Below, one piece after another: positions 45,410-53,130 of a DNA stretch of 53,130 bases. This stretch comes from a virus (lineage: Duplodnaviria > Caudoviricetes): positions 1 to 53,130 of the IMG/VR virus record IMGVR_UViG_3300030430_003035. One strand, 5' to 3'. Position numbers and translations under genes: made by a program. The notes below the pieces were generated by a model. It was not told the origin of the DNA. It did no database searches and saw only the letters and a list, made by a program, of their open reading frames with translations. Position 1 is the first letter of the stretch. Every line of letters starts with the position of its first letter.

Positions 45410-46371
45410 CTTAGTCCTTCGAGTCGTATCTTATTAATATCAGAAATATTATAGTGCTTTTTACAATACTCATATAGGTTTTCTCCAAGCCTCCAAGCCT
45501 TACCCAATGTCATGCCCTCTATGGCCTCTTTCCATTGTTTTGGTGTACTGCATAGGATACCTGTCTCCCCGTGCTTTATAACCTCCTTATATGGCGTTAC
45601 GTTGGATGCTATGATTGCAGTTTTAGTAAACCCTGCCTCCACTACTTTCAGTTCTGATTTACATCGGTTAAACTTAGAGTTTTTTAGCGGACTTAGAGAA
45701 ACATCAAAGAACTTATATAAATGGCCGTACTGTGTGACGTCTGTAGCATTTATTCCATACTTTGCTTTTAATCTCTCTCTGTAATCCATAAGATTCATGC
45801 AGTACAATTCATGGTTCTCAAAAGTCATCCCCATTTCGTCTAAGTCTTTTTGATGACCGTTTGCTCCGAGATAACCAAATCTTACCTTGTAATCTTTTGG
45901 GTTATCTTTTTGTATATCCTTCCATTGCTTTTCTTCAGTGTAAAGAGTATTAGGAACTAATCTATATACAGCGGACCTATTTATCTTACGCATTTCCTTA
46001 ATTAAAAACTTAGATGGGCTCCAGATCTCGTCTGCAATCTTAATAGTGTTTTTAATGTTGTCTGCCTCAACTTCTTTATACCATTTTTTAGCAGGGTTAT
46101 CAGAAGGGAGAATCCAATAATCATCGTTGTCAAGTATTAGTTTGACTTGATTTTTTTCTAAAAACTTTTTAAACGCTTCGTGATTACTTACTGAAACTCT
46201 TCTTGTTGTGACAAGGTTGTCGACTTTTGTTAAATCAAATTCCTTTAGGTCGTTGAAGTTTTCTATGAAATGAATATTTAAACCTTCCTCATACTTCAGT
46301 CTCAAGAAAGGAGTCATTACTCTGTGGTAGTTAATACCACTAAGAGAATCAAGGTATATCAATGTTATCAT
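45406..46371 (-). CDS. Glycosyltransferase (GT-B, GT4-like)
   Basis: G..YHR..P, D.DDYW, PL..SKFN.CKSELK..EAG and ASNV.PY motifs. Confidence 0.85.
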   Translation of the reverse strand: MITLIYLDSLSGINYHRVMTPFLRLKYEEGLNIHFIENFNDLKEFDLTKVDNLVTTRRVSVSNHEAFKKFLEKNQVKLILDNDDYWILPSDNPAKKWYKEVEADNIKNTIKIADEIWSPSKFLIKEMRKINRSAVYRLVPNTLYTEEKQWKDIQKDNPKDYKVRFGYLGANGHQKDLDEMGMTFENHELYCMNLMDYRERLKAKYGINATDVTQYGHLYKFFDVSLSPLKNSKFNRCKSELKVVEAGFTKTAIIASNVTPYKEVIKHGETGILCSTPKQWKEAIEGMTLGKAWRLGENLYEYCKKHYNISDINKIRLEGLR

Positions 46372-46573
46372 AATATTCTAATAGCGCTGACCTTATTAAA
46401 TCAAATTCAGAATCTATATTTCTTTTGTGCTTTCTGATGGTGTTGTGAAGGCTTTCTGCGTCTGTTCTTGGAACGCCTCCGTTGCTGTGTAGGCTTTCGT
46501 AAAGTTTTGTTGCGGCCTCGTGCATTCTGCTCGTTGCCAGGAAGTAGACTTCACTCAGAGACTTGGTATCCAT
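46349..46573 (-). CDS. Hypothetical helical protein
   Basis: Coupled ORF. Confidence 0.6.
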   Translation of the reverse strand: MDTKSLSEVYFLATSRMHEAATKLYESLHSNGGVPRTDAESLHNTIRKHKRNIDSEFDLIRSALLEYYDNIDIP

Positions 46574-46925
46574 GGCATTTAATTTTTGCTACGAACTCAT
46601 CTTTGTTTAAAGAAGGGTCATACTTTGTTGATTGAGATGTAAAAAATTTAGGATTGTCGTCCTTGATGTATCCATGATTACGCAAATAGTCAGCCAAAAA
46701 CTTACAACAACATATAGCGTTGTCAACATCAAATCTACAGTTGTAAGACACGTGAATAGACATCTGTTGCATTTCAAACTTGTCTAAAGTATTCATTACC
46801 TTATCAATCTCTTCCCAATACTTATCCTTATACTTTTTGCGCACAGCATAGTGCCTTCCGGAGTAGAATTGATTTAAAGACGGTGGCTTTGGTAGACTTA
46901 CTATAATCTCCTCGTAATCATTCAC
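46551..46925 (-). CDS. RusA-like Holliday junction resolvase
   Basis: PPSLN.FY and DVDN....K...D.L...G.I.DD motifs. Confidence 0.75.
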   Translation of the reverse strand: MNDYEEIIVSLPKPPSLNQFYSGRHYAVRKKYKDKYWEEIDKVMNTLDKFEMQQMSIHVSYNCRFDVDNAICCCKFLADYLRNHGYIKDDNPKFFTSQSTKYDPSLNKDEFVAKIKCHGYQVSE

Positions 46926-46928
46926 GCT

Positions 46929-48725
46929 CTAATATAACTCCAAACTGCTGTTTTTATACGCTAAAGGCTGAAAATTTTTAACACCTGATGAAAGTTCGGT
47001 AAAACCAGTGCGAGAAGAATTGATTTCTAGCACCACCGGATCCTGGTATGGAGTAGGTGAACCACCTGTTTCTTGATTACGCTGTTTACGTACGTGTATC
47101 TCTGTGCGGTTACGGATATAATAGTCATCTGCCTGAACTTTTCTATGAAATGTTAAGAAAGAATCACATCTATTCACGAACTTACCCCCTCCTTCAGTCA
47201 TTGCGGCACTTGGGGCAACGGGTAATCCGTCCTCTCCCTTGATTCTTTGAGCCTCAGTAACGCTGTGAGTATTCAACCATACAGCGATATTGTTATTTAC
47301 ACTGAATGTAAGCATCTCTGATGCGGCTTCATAGTGATACTCGTGTGAAGACAACTGTGCGTTCTTAGATATCGTAGTTTTTAATGAGTTGTAAGGGTCT
47401 ATTAAAAATCCATCGTACTTTTCTTGTCGAATAAGTTTTTCTGCAAACACAAGAAGGTCTGTGTAACTATACACTTGAGAGTTATTGATTACTGTGAAGT
47501 GTTCGTTTACCCACTTATATGCGGCAACTCTTTCTTCATAATGCATATCAGTTATAGGCAAGTCAACTAAGAACTCCATCAGCCTCATCTTGATTGCAGC
47601 AGTTTTGTTTTCCGAAGAGTATATAATCCAACGCCAATCGTGCATCACGGATGCGGAACACATTAAGAAAAGAGCCATAGTAGTTTTACCTACATTGCTA
47701 TGGCCGTTGATAATGGTAAACTCCTTTTTAAACACAAAGTATTTATCCAAATGCTTATACCCTGTAGATAAACCTTTTTCAATCTCTCCATTTGCAAACT
47801 TGTTTATCCATTCCAGATCACTATGGTCAGAAGAAATAAAAGACATGTCGCCATCATTGATGCGCATCTCTCTACGAATCTTGTTTTCATCATCTATAAC
47901 TTCACGAATAGGCATATTTCTACCCCTATCAATGCCATCAGCCATTGTTCTTCGTGCAAGTTCCATGTTTTCTACACCTTTGCGGGAGAGTTCACGCTCC
48001 ATCACACGCAACGCCTCATCCTCCTCCATGCGCCCTGCGCTGATGTATCCTCCACATAATATAGATGCTCTTAAAAGAACGTTGTGTTTGTCTCCGTCCT
48101 CTGCTTTCCTTATCATGTGAACAATGATGTCCAACTTTTCGTAGTCGGTGTATAGTTCTTGCTTTACAATCTCTTGATGCTCGCTGTTCTCACTAAGCAT
48201 AGCACCAAATGTTTTACAAGACTCATTGTCTATAAGATCTGGGTCGTAACTTTCAAAGCAAGCCCTTGCTACATTGATTCCTGAAGGGTCTATCTCTAGG
48301 CCATAGTTCCTTTCAAAGTATGATTGCAATGCTCTAAAGTGGTCCCTGTGTCTTTCAGGATTGCTTATACGAACGAGCGCTTTGAGCCCGTCTCCACTCG
48401 GTGACGTCCAACATGCACGTATGTGTTCATCAGTTCCTAAAAGGGACTTGTAATCTTGAACATCAATGTGGTCAAAGTCTAAAACAATAAGACCGCTGTG
48501 GCCTTGTATGTGCTCGTCTTTTCTGCCGGTAAAGACTCCCGAGAATAAAGCAATAGGAAGTTCTTTTTTTGACTGTTTATCTCCCTCTCTTACTTTGTCT
48601 ACTTTTTCTTTACTTTTCCCGTTCTTGATTCTTTGTAGACTGTCTTCAAGAGTTATGTAATGTGGTTCACTTGTATTTGTAACCGATTGGAACATGGTTA
48701 TTGCATTATTCCCATTCACTTCCAT
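46929..48725 (-). CDS. Primase-helicase (BT4734/VirE-N-like primase plus SF4 helicase)
   Basis: FSG.F, HSGLIVLDFDH and SPSGDGLK motifs; Walker A GHSNVGKT, Walker B LIDPYN. Confidence 0.85.
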   Translation of the reverse strand: MEVNGNNAITMFQSVTNTSEPHYITLEDSLQRIKNGKSKEKVDKVREGDKQSKKELPIALFSGVFTGRKDEHIQGHSGLIVLDFDHIDVQDYKSLLGTDEHIRACWTSPSGDGLKALVRISNPERHRDHFRALQSYFERNYGLEIDPSGINVARACFESYDPDLIDNESCKTFGAMLSENSEHQEIVKQELYTDYEKLDIIVHMIRKAEDGDKHNVLLRASILCGGYISAGRMEEDEALRVMERELSRKGVENMELARRTMADGIDRGRNMPIREVIDDENKIRREMRINDGDMSFISSDHSDLEWINKFANGEIEKGLSTGYKHLDKYFVFKKEFTIINGHSNVGKTTMALFLMCSASVMHDWRWIIYSSENKTAAIKMRLMEFLVDLPITDMHYEERVAAYKWVNEHFTVINNSQVYSYTDLLVFAEKLIRQEKYDGFLIDPYNSLKTTISKNAQLSSHEYHYEAASEMLTFSVNNNIAVWLNTHSVTEAQRIKGEDGLPVAPSAAMTEGGGKFVNRCDSFLTFHRKVQADDYYIRNRTEIHVRKQRNQETGGSPTPYQDPVVLEINSSRTGFTELSSGVKNFQPLAYKNSSLELY

Positions 48726-49014
48726 AGTCTTTTTCTTTGTGATTTATTGAGTAGCCAACTATTTCTTGAGACTTAATATTGCATACTCTAAAGTTTAATT
48801 TCTTAGCAGTCAACTTGGTTTGGTCTTCAAGATTACGAAGCGTTACCTTGTCTTTGTTTAGGTCCTGTAGATTCTTTGCTCTACTTACACACTCCATATC
48901 ATTCCATTTGACAACGGATAATTTTTGACCCCTCTTAGTTTGCCATACTACATCGACGACATACCAATATATTGGTTGTCCCTCCTTGCTTGCTTTAAAT
49001 ATCTCGTAACTCAT
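48706..49014 (-). CDS. Hypothetical protein
   Basis: Coupled ORF in replication operon. Confidence 0.65.
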   Translation of the reverse strand: MSYEIFKASKEGQPIYWYVVDVVWQTKRGQKLSVVKWNDMECVSRAKNLQDLNKDKVTLRNLEDQTKLTAKKLNFRVCNIKSQEIVGYSINHKEKDYGSEWE

Positions 49015-49490
49015 ATTAGAAATTCTTTTAGTGTCATATCCTTAACACTTAGAATCTCTATGTTTTCTAATTTGTCTGGGTCATCAGTATACAAAACAAC
49101 TCTATATCTTAAATCTTTTGCAAGTTCTTTTCGCTCACCCATAACTTGAGAAAGTATTTGACTGCCTTCTAAAAACTTTTTAGTATACATTTCATTTACT
49201 CTCCTGCCGTTACTAAACATTTCAGTATGTTTTTTATGAGCCTTTATACCTGCTATCACTGTGGAGTGATGTTTGTTAAATAGTTTACCAAGACCATGAA
49301 AGGACAACGTAGTATGCTCTCTTAAGTAAGCCCAGATCATACAGCGGGTTTCTACGAGTTCCCTCTCTCTGCAATGATTTTTCAAATCTTTAGCAGGGAC
49401 TTTATTTACATTAGAAAATGTTTCTATTGCCTCATGTATTGCATGGGAATCTACGGTTCTTATGTAGTAAAACTCCCTATCTTTTCCCAT
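49011..49490 (-). CDS. DnaA C-terminal (domain IV)-like DNA-binding protein
   Basis: R.RELVETR....Y..R..T.LS...LG..F.KHHSTVI matches the DnaA HTH. Confidence 0.78.
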   Translation of the reverse strand: MGKDREFYYIRTVDSHAIHEAIETFSNVNKVPAKDLKNHCRERELVETRCMIWAYLREHTTLSFHGLGKLFNKHHSTVIAGIKAHKKHTEMFSNGRRVNEMYTKKFLEGSQILSQVMGERKELAKDLRYRVVLYTDDPDKLENIEILSVKDMTLKEFLI

Positions 49491-49742
49491 CCTTTAATTT
49501 TTTTTTACGTTCATAAACTACATAACCGTTGCTCTTTAGAAGAGCCACTGCTTTGTCTATTTTTCTCTGATGCTTTTTGTAATGCTCAAATATTCGGTTA
49601 CTGATTGCCATACTTTAATTTTTGATTATAAATTTTGAGGTGTTGCTCTAATCTCTCTAAGAGTTCTAACTCGTTGTTGTCGGAGAGCACCTTGTGCAGA
49701 GCAACTAATTCCTCTGGGTTTAAGTCTATATAAAATTTCATA

Positions 49743-50198
49743 CTAAAAAGACTCTAGAGTTTTATCTCCTTCTCTGTAGTATTCTTTTGGAGCAAAGTAC
49801 ACCCATGGGTTTAGTGAGGTTCCATCGGTGCATATCACATCCGTCTTCTCCCTCTTGTACCACTTAGGATGTCCTTCAAGCATATCTAAACGTGAAAGTG
49901 TTTGCTCATCCACTAAATACACTTCAACATGTACGTTCTTTCCTACTCCTTTTTCGTTCGCTAAGAACGGCAGTCCAGATCCTCCTATTACCAACGGGTA
50001 ATTGTCTTTAATTTTTCCTTCTGATACAAAAACAGAGTCATGAAGCAGTAAGTTATTTCCGCAACCTTTTTTAAGTGTTCCGTAAACAGCAACTAAAATA
50101 TCATGCAGTTTACCGCTATCACTTTCTCGTACCATTGGTCCACGTCCATCTTCTGACTGCTGCTGAACACTGTCTTTCCTTTTCGTTTTAATATCCAT
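49743..50198 (-). CDS. Gamma-glutamylcyclotransferase (AIG2-like)
   Basis: VAVYGTLKKG, EVY.VD and LD.LEGHP..Y.R motifs; true start probably downstream of 50198. Confidence 0.88.
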   Translation of the reverse strand: MDIKTKRKDSVQQQSEDGRGPMVRESDSGKLHDILVAVYGTLKKGCGNNLLLHDSVFVSEGKIKDNYPLVIGGSGLPFLANEKGVGKNVHVEVYLVDEQTLSRLDMLEGHPKWYKREKTDVICTDGTSLNPWVYFAPKEYYREGDKTLESF

Positions 50199-50314
50199 CT
50201 TTTCTTTCTTCGATTAAATTCTATTGAATAAGCCGACTTCACTTGATGTGGTGGCTTTCCGTTTAAGGGACTTACACTCCCGTAAGGAACCCTTTGTTCT
50301 CCTGTTTTTGCCAT
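50093..50314 (-). CDS. Small basic hypothetical protein
   Basis: ATG after hairpin, overlaps GGCT ORF. Confidence 0.5.
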   Translation of the reverse strand: MAKTGEQRVPYGSVSPLNGKPPHQVKSAYSIEFNRRKKRWILKRKGKTVFSSSQKMDVDQWYEKVIAVNCMIF

Positions 50315-50387
50315 AACAATTAATGAGGGGAGGGCCCTAATGTAAGATGTATGTTAATAATATCTTTTCCCTCCCCATCATTATTTT

Positions 50388-50666
50388 TTAGAACGGCAAA
50401 TTATCCTTGCCCTGCGAAACCGTTTGGTTTGCACGGTTAGGTGTGTTCGTTCCGGTAGCACGTGGATTGTACACTGAAGTAAATGCAGTTCCGTCAGTCT
50501 TAATTACGAAATCAACATTTACATTACCTGCATTTGTGAGATACTTTTTCATCTCATCCAACTGCGCTTCCTTAAAAGAAATTGAATACTTGACAACCCC
50601 GCTGTCAAACTCCTTTCGGTCACCTACATATCCGATGTAGTTGTCCTTTTTTCCATTTTGTTGCAT
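50388..50666 (-). CDS. Single-stranded DNA-binding protein
   Basis: Beta-rich core and C-terminal DNLPF tail; follows recombination genes. Confidence 0.68.
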   Translation of the reverse strand: MQQNGKKDNYIGYVGDRKEFDSGVVKYSISFKEAQLDEMKKYLTNAGNVNVDFVIKTDGTAFTSVYNPRATGTNTPNRANQTVSQGKDNLPF

Positions 50667-50680
50667 AGAAAAAATAGTGA

Positions 50681-51460
50681 TTAAATTTCCCCTTGAATAA
50701 AATACGTAGACGTGCTCTTTCCACTTTCGTAGTGCCTCTTGATTTCGCTCAAGGCACGAGCCACCTTACGTTCGCCAGAGGCAAGGGTATCCTCCGTTGC
50801 TTTGTATACAGCGGGTAAGTATGGATATGATTTCTCCTGTACCACCCAATAAAAATCTTTACAACCAAACGCGCGCGTATAAAGAAATGCTTGTATGTCG
50901 TACCCAAAGACACGAACGTCTCTTGGAAATCCTTTAATACTGCGTGATGATTTACTGTCTGAAATAAAACCTTTTCCAAGACAGTCTAAGAACCCCCGAA
51001 AGGGGATTGTCTCTCCGTTGATTTCAAGCCTCTGAAGAAACTCAACCTGATAATCCCCATCAAGGTATATGTTTAGGATTTTAGAATCATCCAAACGAGT
51101 AATCATATCAATACACTTTTGGTAGTCCTCAATACCTAATATTGTTTTATCCTTTGCAAGTTCCTCTTGTGCGACCTTCCATTCCTTATAGGCTTTTGTT
51201 ACTCTTGGATTCTTACCTCCCAGATCTTGTATGATTTCAGTGTCGTCCATAACATGAAACGTGTTGTCAAACTCGTGAGGTGTAAACAATAGGCAATCAT
51301 ACGCAGTACCAAAGGTAAGAGCATCTGACTCTTTCTTTAACTTTCCTTGCATGTACAACTCAAACAGCGCCATGTCTTGCAAGGCATACTTAATTGAAGA
51401 GTACGATAGGTATTTCTTGCCTGTCTTCTCTACTAAAGATTTAAACCATTCATTAGTCAT
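50681..51460 (-). CDS. RecE/ExoVIII-like PD-(D/E)XK exonuclease (DUF3799-like)
   Basis: LSYSSIK, FGTA, RGFLD..DSKS and YDIQA.LY motifs. Confidence 0.8.
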   Translation of the reverse strand: MTNEWFKSLVEKTGKKYLSYSSIKYALQDMALFELYMQGKLKKESDALTFGTAYDCLLFTPHEFDNTFHVMDDTEIIQDLGGKNPRVTKAYKEWKVAQEELAKDKTILGIEDYQKCIDMITRLDDSKILNIYLDGDYQVEFLQRLEINGETIPFRGFLDCLGKGFISDSKSSRSIKGFPRDVRVFGYDIQAFLYTRAFGCKDFYWVVQEKSYPYLPAVYKATEDTLASGERKVARALSEIKRHYESGKSTSTYFIQGEI

Positions 51461-51984
51461 ACTAATTTGTCAAGTTTACTTTGCTGTTCTTTACTGAGTG
51501 TTTGCCCGTACTTCTCCTTGATTTGATTTAAACGTGTAGCACGTTCCGGTTTATTCTTACCCTCCTTCACATAGTTTACAGCGCTTGCGTATATGTCTGA
51601 ACTACCTTTAGTGTTGTTGCTGTCTTGCTTTTTGATAGCCATGTCAACTTCATCCGCTGTGGCTATAGATGTTTCGATGCCTATACCCAAGAATCCAAGC
51701 GCTCTACCTACGGCTGAGGTCTCACAGTTTTCTACAAAGGATGTTTGATTAATACGTGAAGAAGATTTATCTTCTTGAGCCATTCCTTGAGCAATGACCG
51801 CTCCTTCTTTATTGCTGATTGTTGCGCGAACTACACAAGATGATTCATCTATATGTAATAGTTCCGTTGTTAAGGCAAAGCCTTTGTACTCAGAAAGAGT
51901 TCGGAAAGCAATGACACGTTGATTAACCTCAACATACTGCTTACCCTTGATGTTCGTTGTCTTGAACTGATAAGTGTTACTCAT
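51457..51984 (-). CDS. ssDNA-annealing recombinase (Rad52/Sak-like)
   Basis: KGKQYVEVNQRV and ENCETSAVGRAL motifs; adjacent exonuclease and SSB. Confidence 0.7.
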   Translation of the reverse strand: MSNTYQFKTTNIKGKQYVEVNQRVIAFRTLSEYKGFALTTELLHIDESSCVVRATISNKEGAVIAQGMAQEDKSSSRINQTSFVENCETSAVGRALGFLGIGIETSIATADEVDMAIKKQDSNNTKGSSDIYASAVNYVKEGKNKPERATRLNQIKEKYGQTLSKEQQSKLDKLV

Positions 51985-52000
51985 AAAATATAAATTAAAT

Positions 52001-52095
52001 TAGTGGACGAGCGAGGAATCGAACCTCTTAGTCTAAACCTAACGTATGTGTCAATACTTTTAAAACCACTCCGTGCACCATGCAAGCACTCGTCC
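52001..52095 (-). ncRNA. tRNA-like element E
   Basis: Acceptor GGACGAG/CTCGTCC + ACTA; T-arm GAGG-TTCGATT-CCTC; D-like TGCA-TGG-TGCA; irregular long middle arm. Confidence 0.7.
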
Positions 52096-52240
52096 TTGTT
52101 GTTAGGATTGCGAATGTACGTTATCCTCATGTAATTCACAAGGATATTCTCGAATATTTTCTAAAGCCCTAACCATCTGCTCTTGATTGCTATAATGGAT
52201 GTTTTTAATTTTCATCATCCAATTCACAAATTCTTCTTTT

Positions 52241-52477
52241 CTATTCATCTTTACTTAAATTAGGACATTTCCAATCCAATTCCCACCTGTTTATGAACCT
52301 GAATACAGTCCGTTCTGAAACACCAAGATACTTTGATGCCTCCTTCGCTCCTCTGTGCTTGCGTAATGCATGTAGCGTTAAGAACTTCCAGTTTCTTTCA
52401 ATGTCCAGATCTTCTACAAGTTTGTTTGTTCCTTCTGCTTTTTTGTAAAGCAAAGGCTTTTCTTTCTTTCCTGCCAT
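52241..52477 (-). CDS. Fis-like HTH protein
   Basis: AL.KH....EASKYLGVSERTVFR motif. Confidence 0.75.
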   Translation of the reverse strand: MAGKKEKPLLYKKAEGTNKLVEDLDIERNWKFLTLHALRKHRGAKEASKYLGVSERTVFRFINRWELDWKCPNLSKDE

Positions 52478-52576
52478 TTGATATACATTTTCGCAGCCCA
52501 TGCTTTTCGTTGCGGTAAATACGGATACCTCGTCTTTAGTATCGCCATTGCAATACGCATGAACTGATTCATTAAA

Positions 52577-52783
52577 TTAATCTGCTTCAAATCCATAAGT
52601 CTCTATATCTTTTTTGCATAAGTCTATCATGCTTGAAGCACTTGGTGTTATGGTTTTATCAACCCACTTATCATATTCTTCAAAGAACTTTTTCTTTGCT
52701 TCGTTAAATGAGGGTGTGTCTTGGTGTTCTCCTCTATACATAAACCCCTGCACAAACCAGTGCCAACTTTTTTTATCATTCAT
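52577..52783 (-). CDS. Allele of 50-256
   Basis: Near-identical protein. Confidence 0.75.
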   Translation of the reverse strand: MNDKKSWHWFVQGFMYRGEHQDTPSFNEAKKKFFEEYDKWVDKTITPSASSMIDLCKKDIETYGFEAD

Positions 52784-52865
52784 TTTTATCTTCTCTTAAA
52801 ACTTTATACAATATCAAGGCACCGCCTAATATGTAAACCAAAATCAATAATACTCCTGCTGTCAT
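52776..52865 (-). CDS. 29-aa TM microprotein unique to the right copy (MTAGVLLILVYILGGALILYKVLREDKNE)
   Basis: Translated by hand; start overlaps upstream stop (ATGA) and its end overlaps the next start. Confidence 0.65.
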   Translation of the reverse strand: MTAGVLLILVYILGGALILYKVLREDKNE

Positions 52866-53047
52866 CTTCGTTTGCTCTTTTCTATTCTCCAAAGCGTGAA
52901 TAACAATACTATTAGTAAAGGCTCAAGAACCACAAAGATGATTACATTCGCTAAGTAATATCCGTATCCATACGAGCCCGGTGAACCACCAAGCCATTGA
53001 AGCACGTACACGCACTTCATAAATAAGTCGGTTATAAATTCTTCCAT
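52862..53047 (-). CDS. Allele of 253-438 membrane protein
   Basis: Near-identical protein. Confidence 0.75.
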   Translation of the reverse strand: MEEFITDLFMKCVYVLQWLGGSPGSYGYGYYLANVIIFVVLEPLLIVLLFTLWRIEKSKRR

Positions 53048-53130
53048 GTCTTACATTTTTATTAAACGCAATCTTCTTTCATACTTACGTATCAACATCG
53101 CTGTATTTGTTAACTGACGTTGCACTTTTT

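Larger units (their letters stand above)
52528..53130. repeat. Right copy of imperfect terminal direct repeat
   Basis: Matches 1-521 with SNPs and an ~82-nt insertion. Confidence 0.95.

Noticed and set aside
47590-48120. 176-aa plus-strand ORF and similar antisense ORFs within large genes
   Set aside because: Shadows opposite well-supported genes, with no motifs or expression signals
52001-52095. Functional tRNA-Leu(UAA), suggested by a TTTAAAA loop-like run and A discriminator
   Set aside because: Flanking GTGGT/GTATT cannot form an anticodon stem; kept only as a tRNA-like element, possibly tRNA-derived

Overview
The window is an essentially complete lytic dsDNA tailed-phage genome with a unit length of about 52.5 kb. 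The host is inferred to be a Bacteroidota/Flavobacteriia bacterium, because Bacteroidetes-type TAnnTTTG -7 promoter boxes precede many genes. The virion module is podovirus-like, in an order resembling crAss-related phages: GroES-like, terminase, portal, scaffold, major capsid, two ring proteins, muzzle, three ejection/cargo proteins, then an envelope/lysis cluster. The minus arm (44.4-53.1 kb, continuing into 0-8.4 kb) holds early and replication genes: primase-helicase, recombination nuclease, annealing protein, SSB, RusA, DnaA-C-like, C5 methyltransferase, amidoligase, class II glutamine amidotransferase, GGCT and a glycosyltransferase. The plus arm (10.2-44.4 kb) holds late genes. A ~1.3 kb non-coding region lies between the arms. 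I recognised no DNA polymerase, RNA polymerase, integrase or RNR. The window ends are two diverged copies of one region, probably strain alleles of a circular assembly. The main unexplained signal is a set of five tRNA-like elements in minus-strand intergenic gaps. Each has an acceptor stem, T-arm and NCYA end but no proper anticodon arm. One is a 45-nt mini-tRNA preceded by two tandem pseudoknots, and two share a hairpin leader. Other hidden items are a gene nested in the +1 frame of the largest ORF, a candidate -1 frameshift, a stand-alone peptide matching the RNR redox tail, leaderless late mRNAs, and a phage-encoded outer-membrane beta-barrel cluster. All family calls come from motif recognition by eye; no searches were run.
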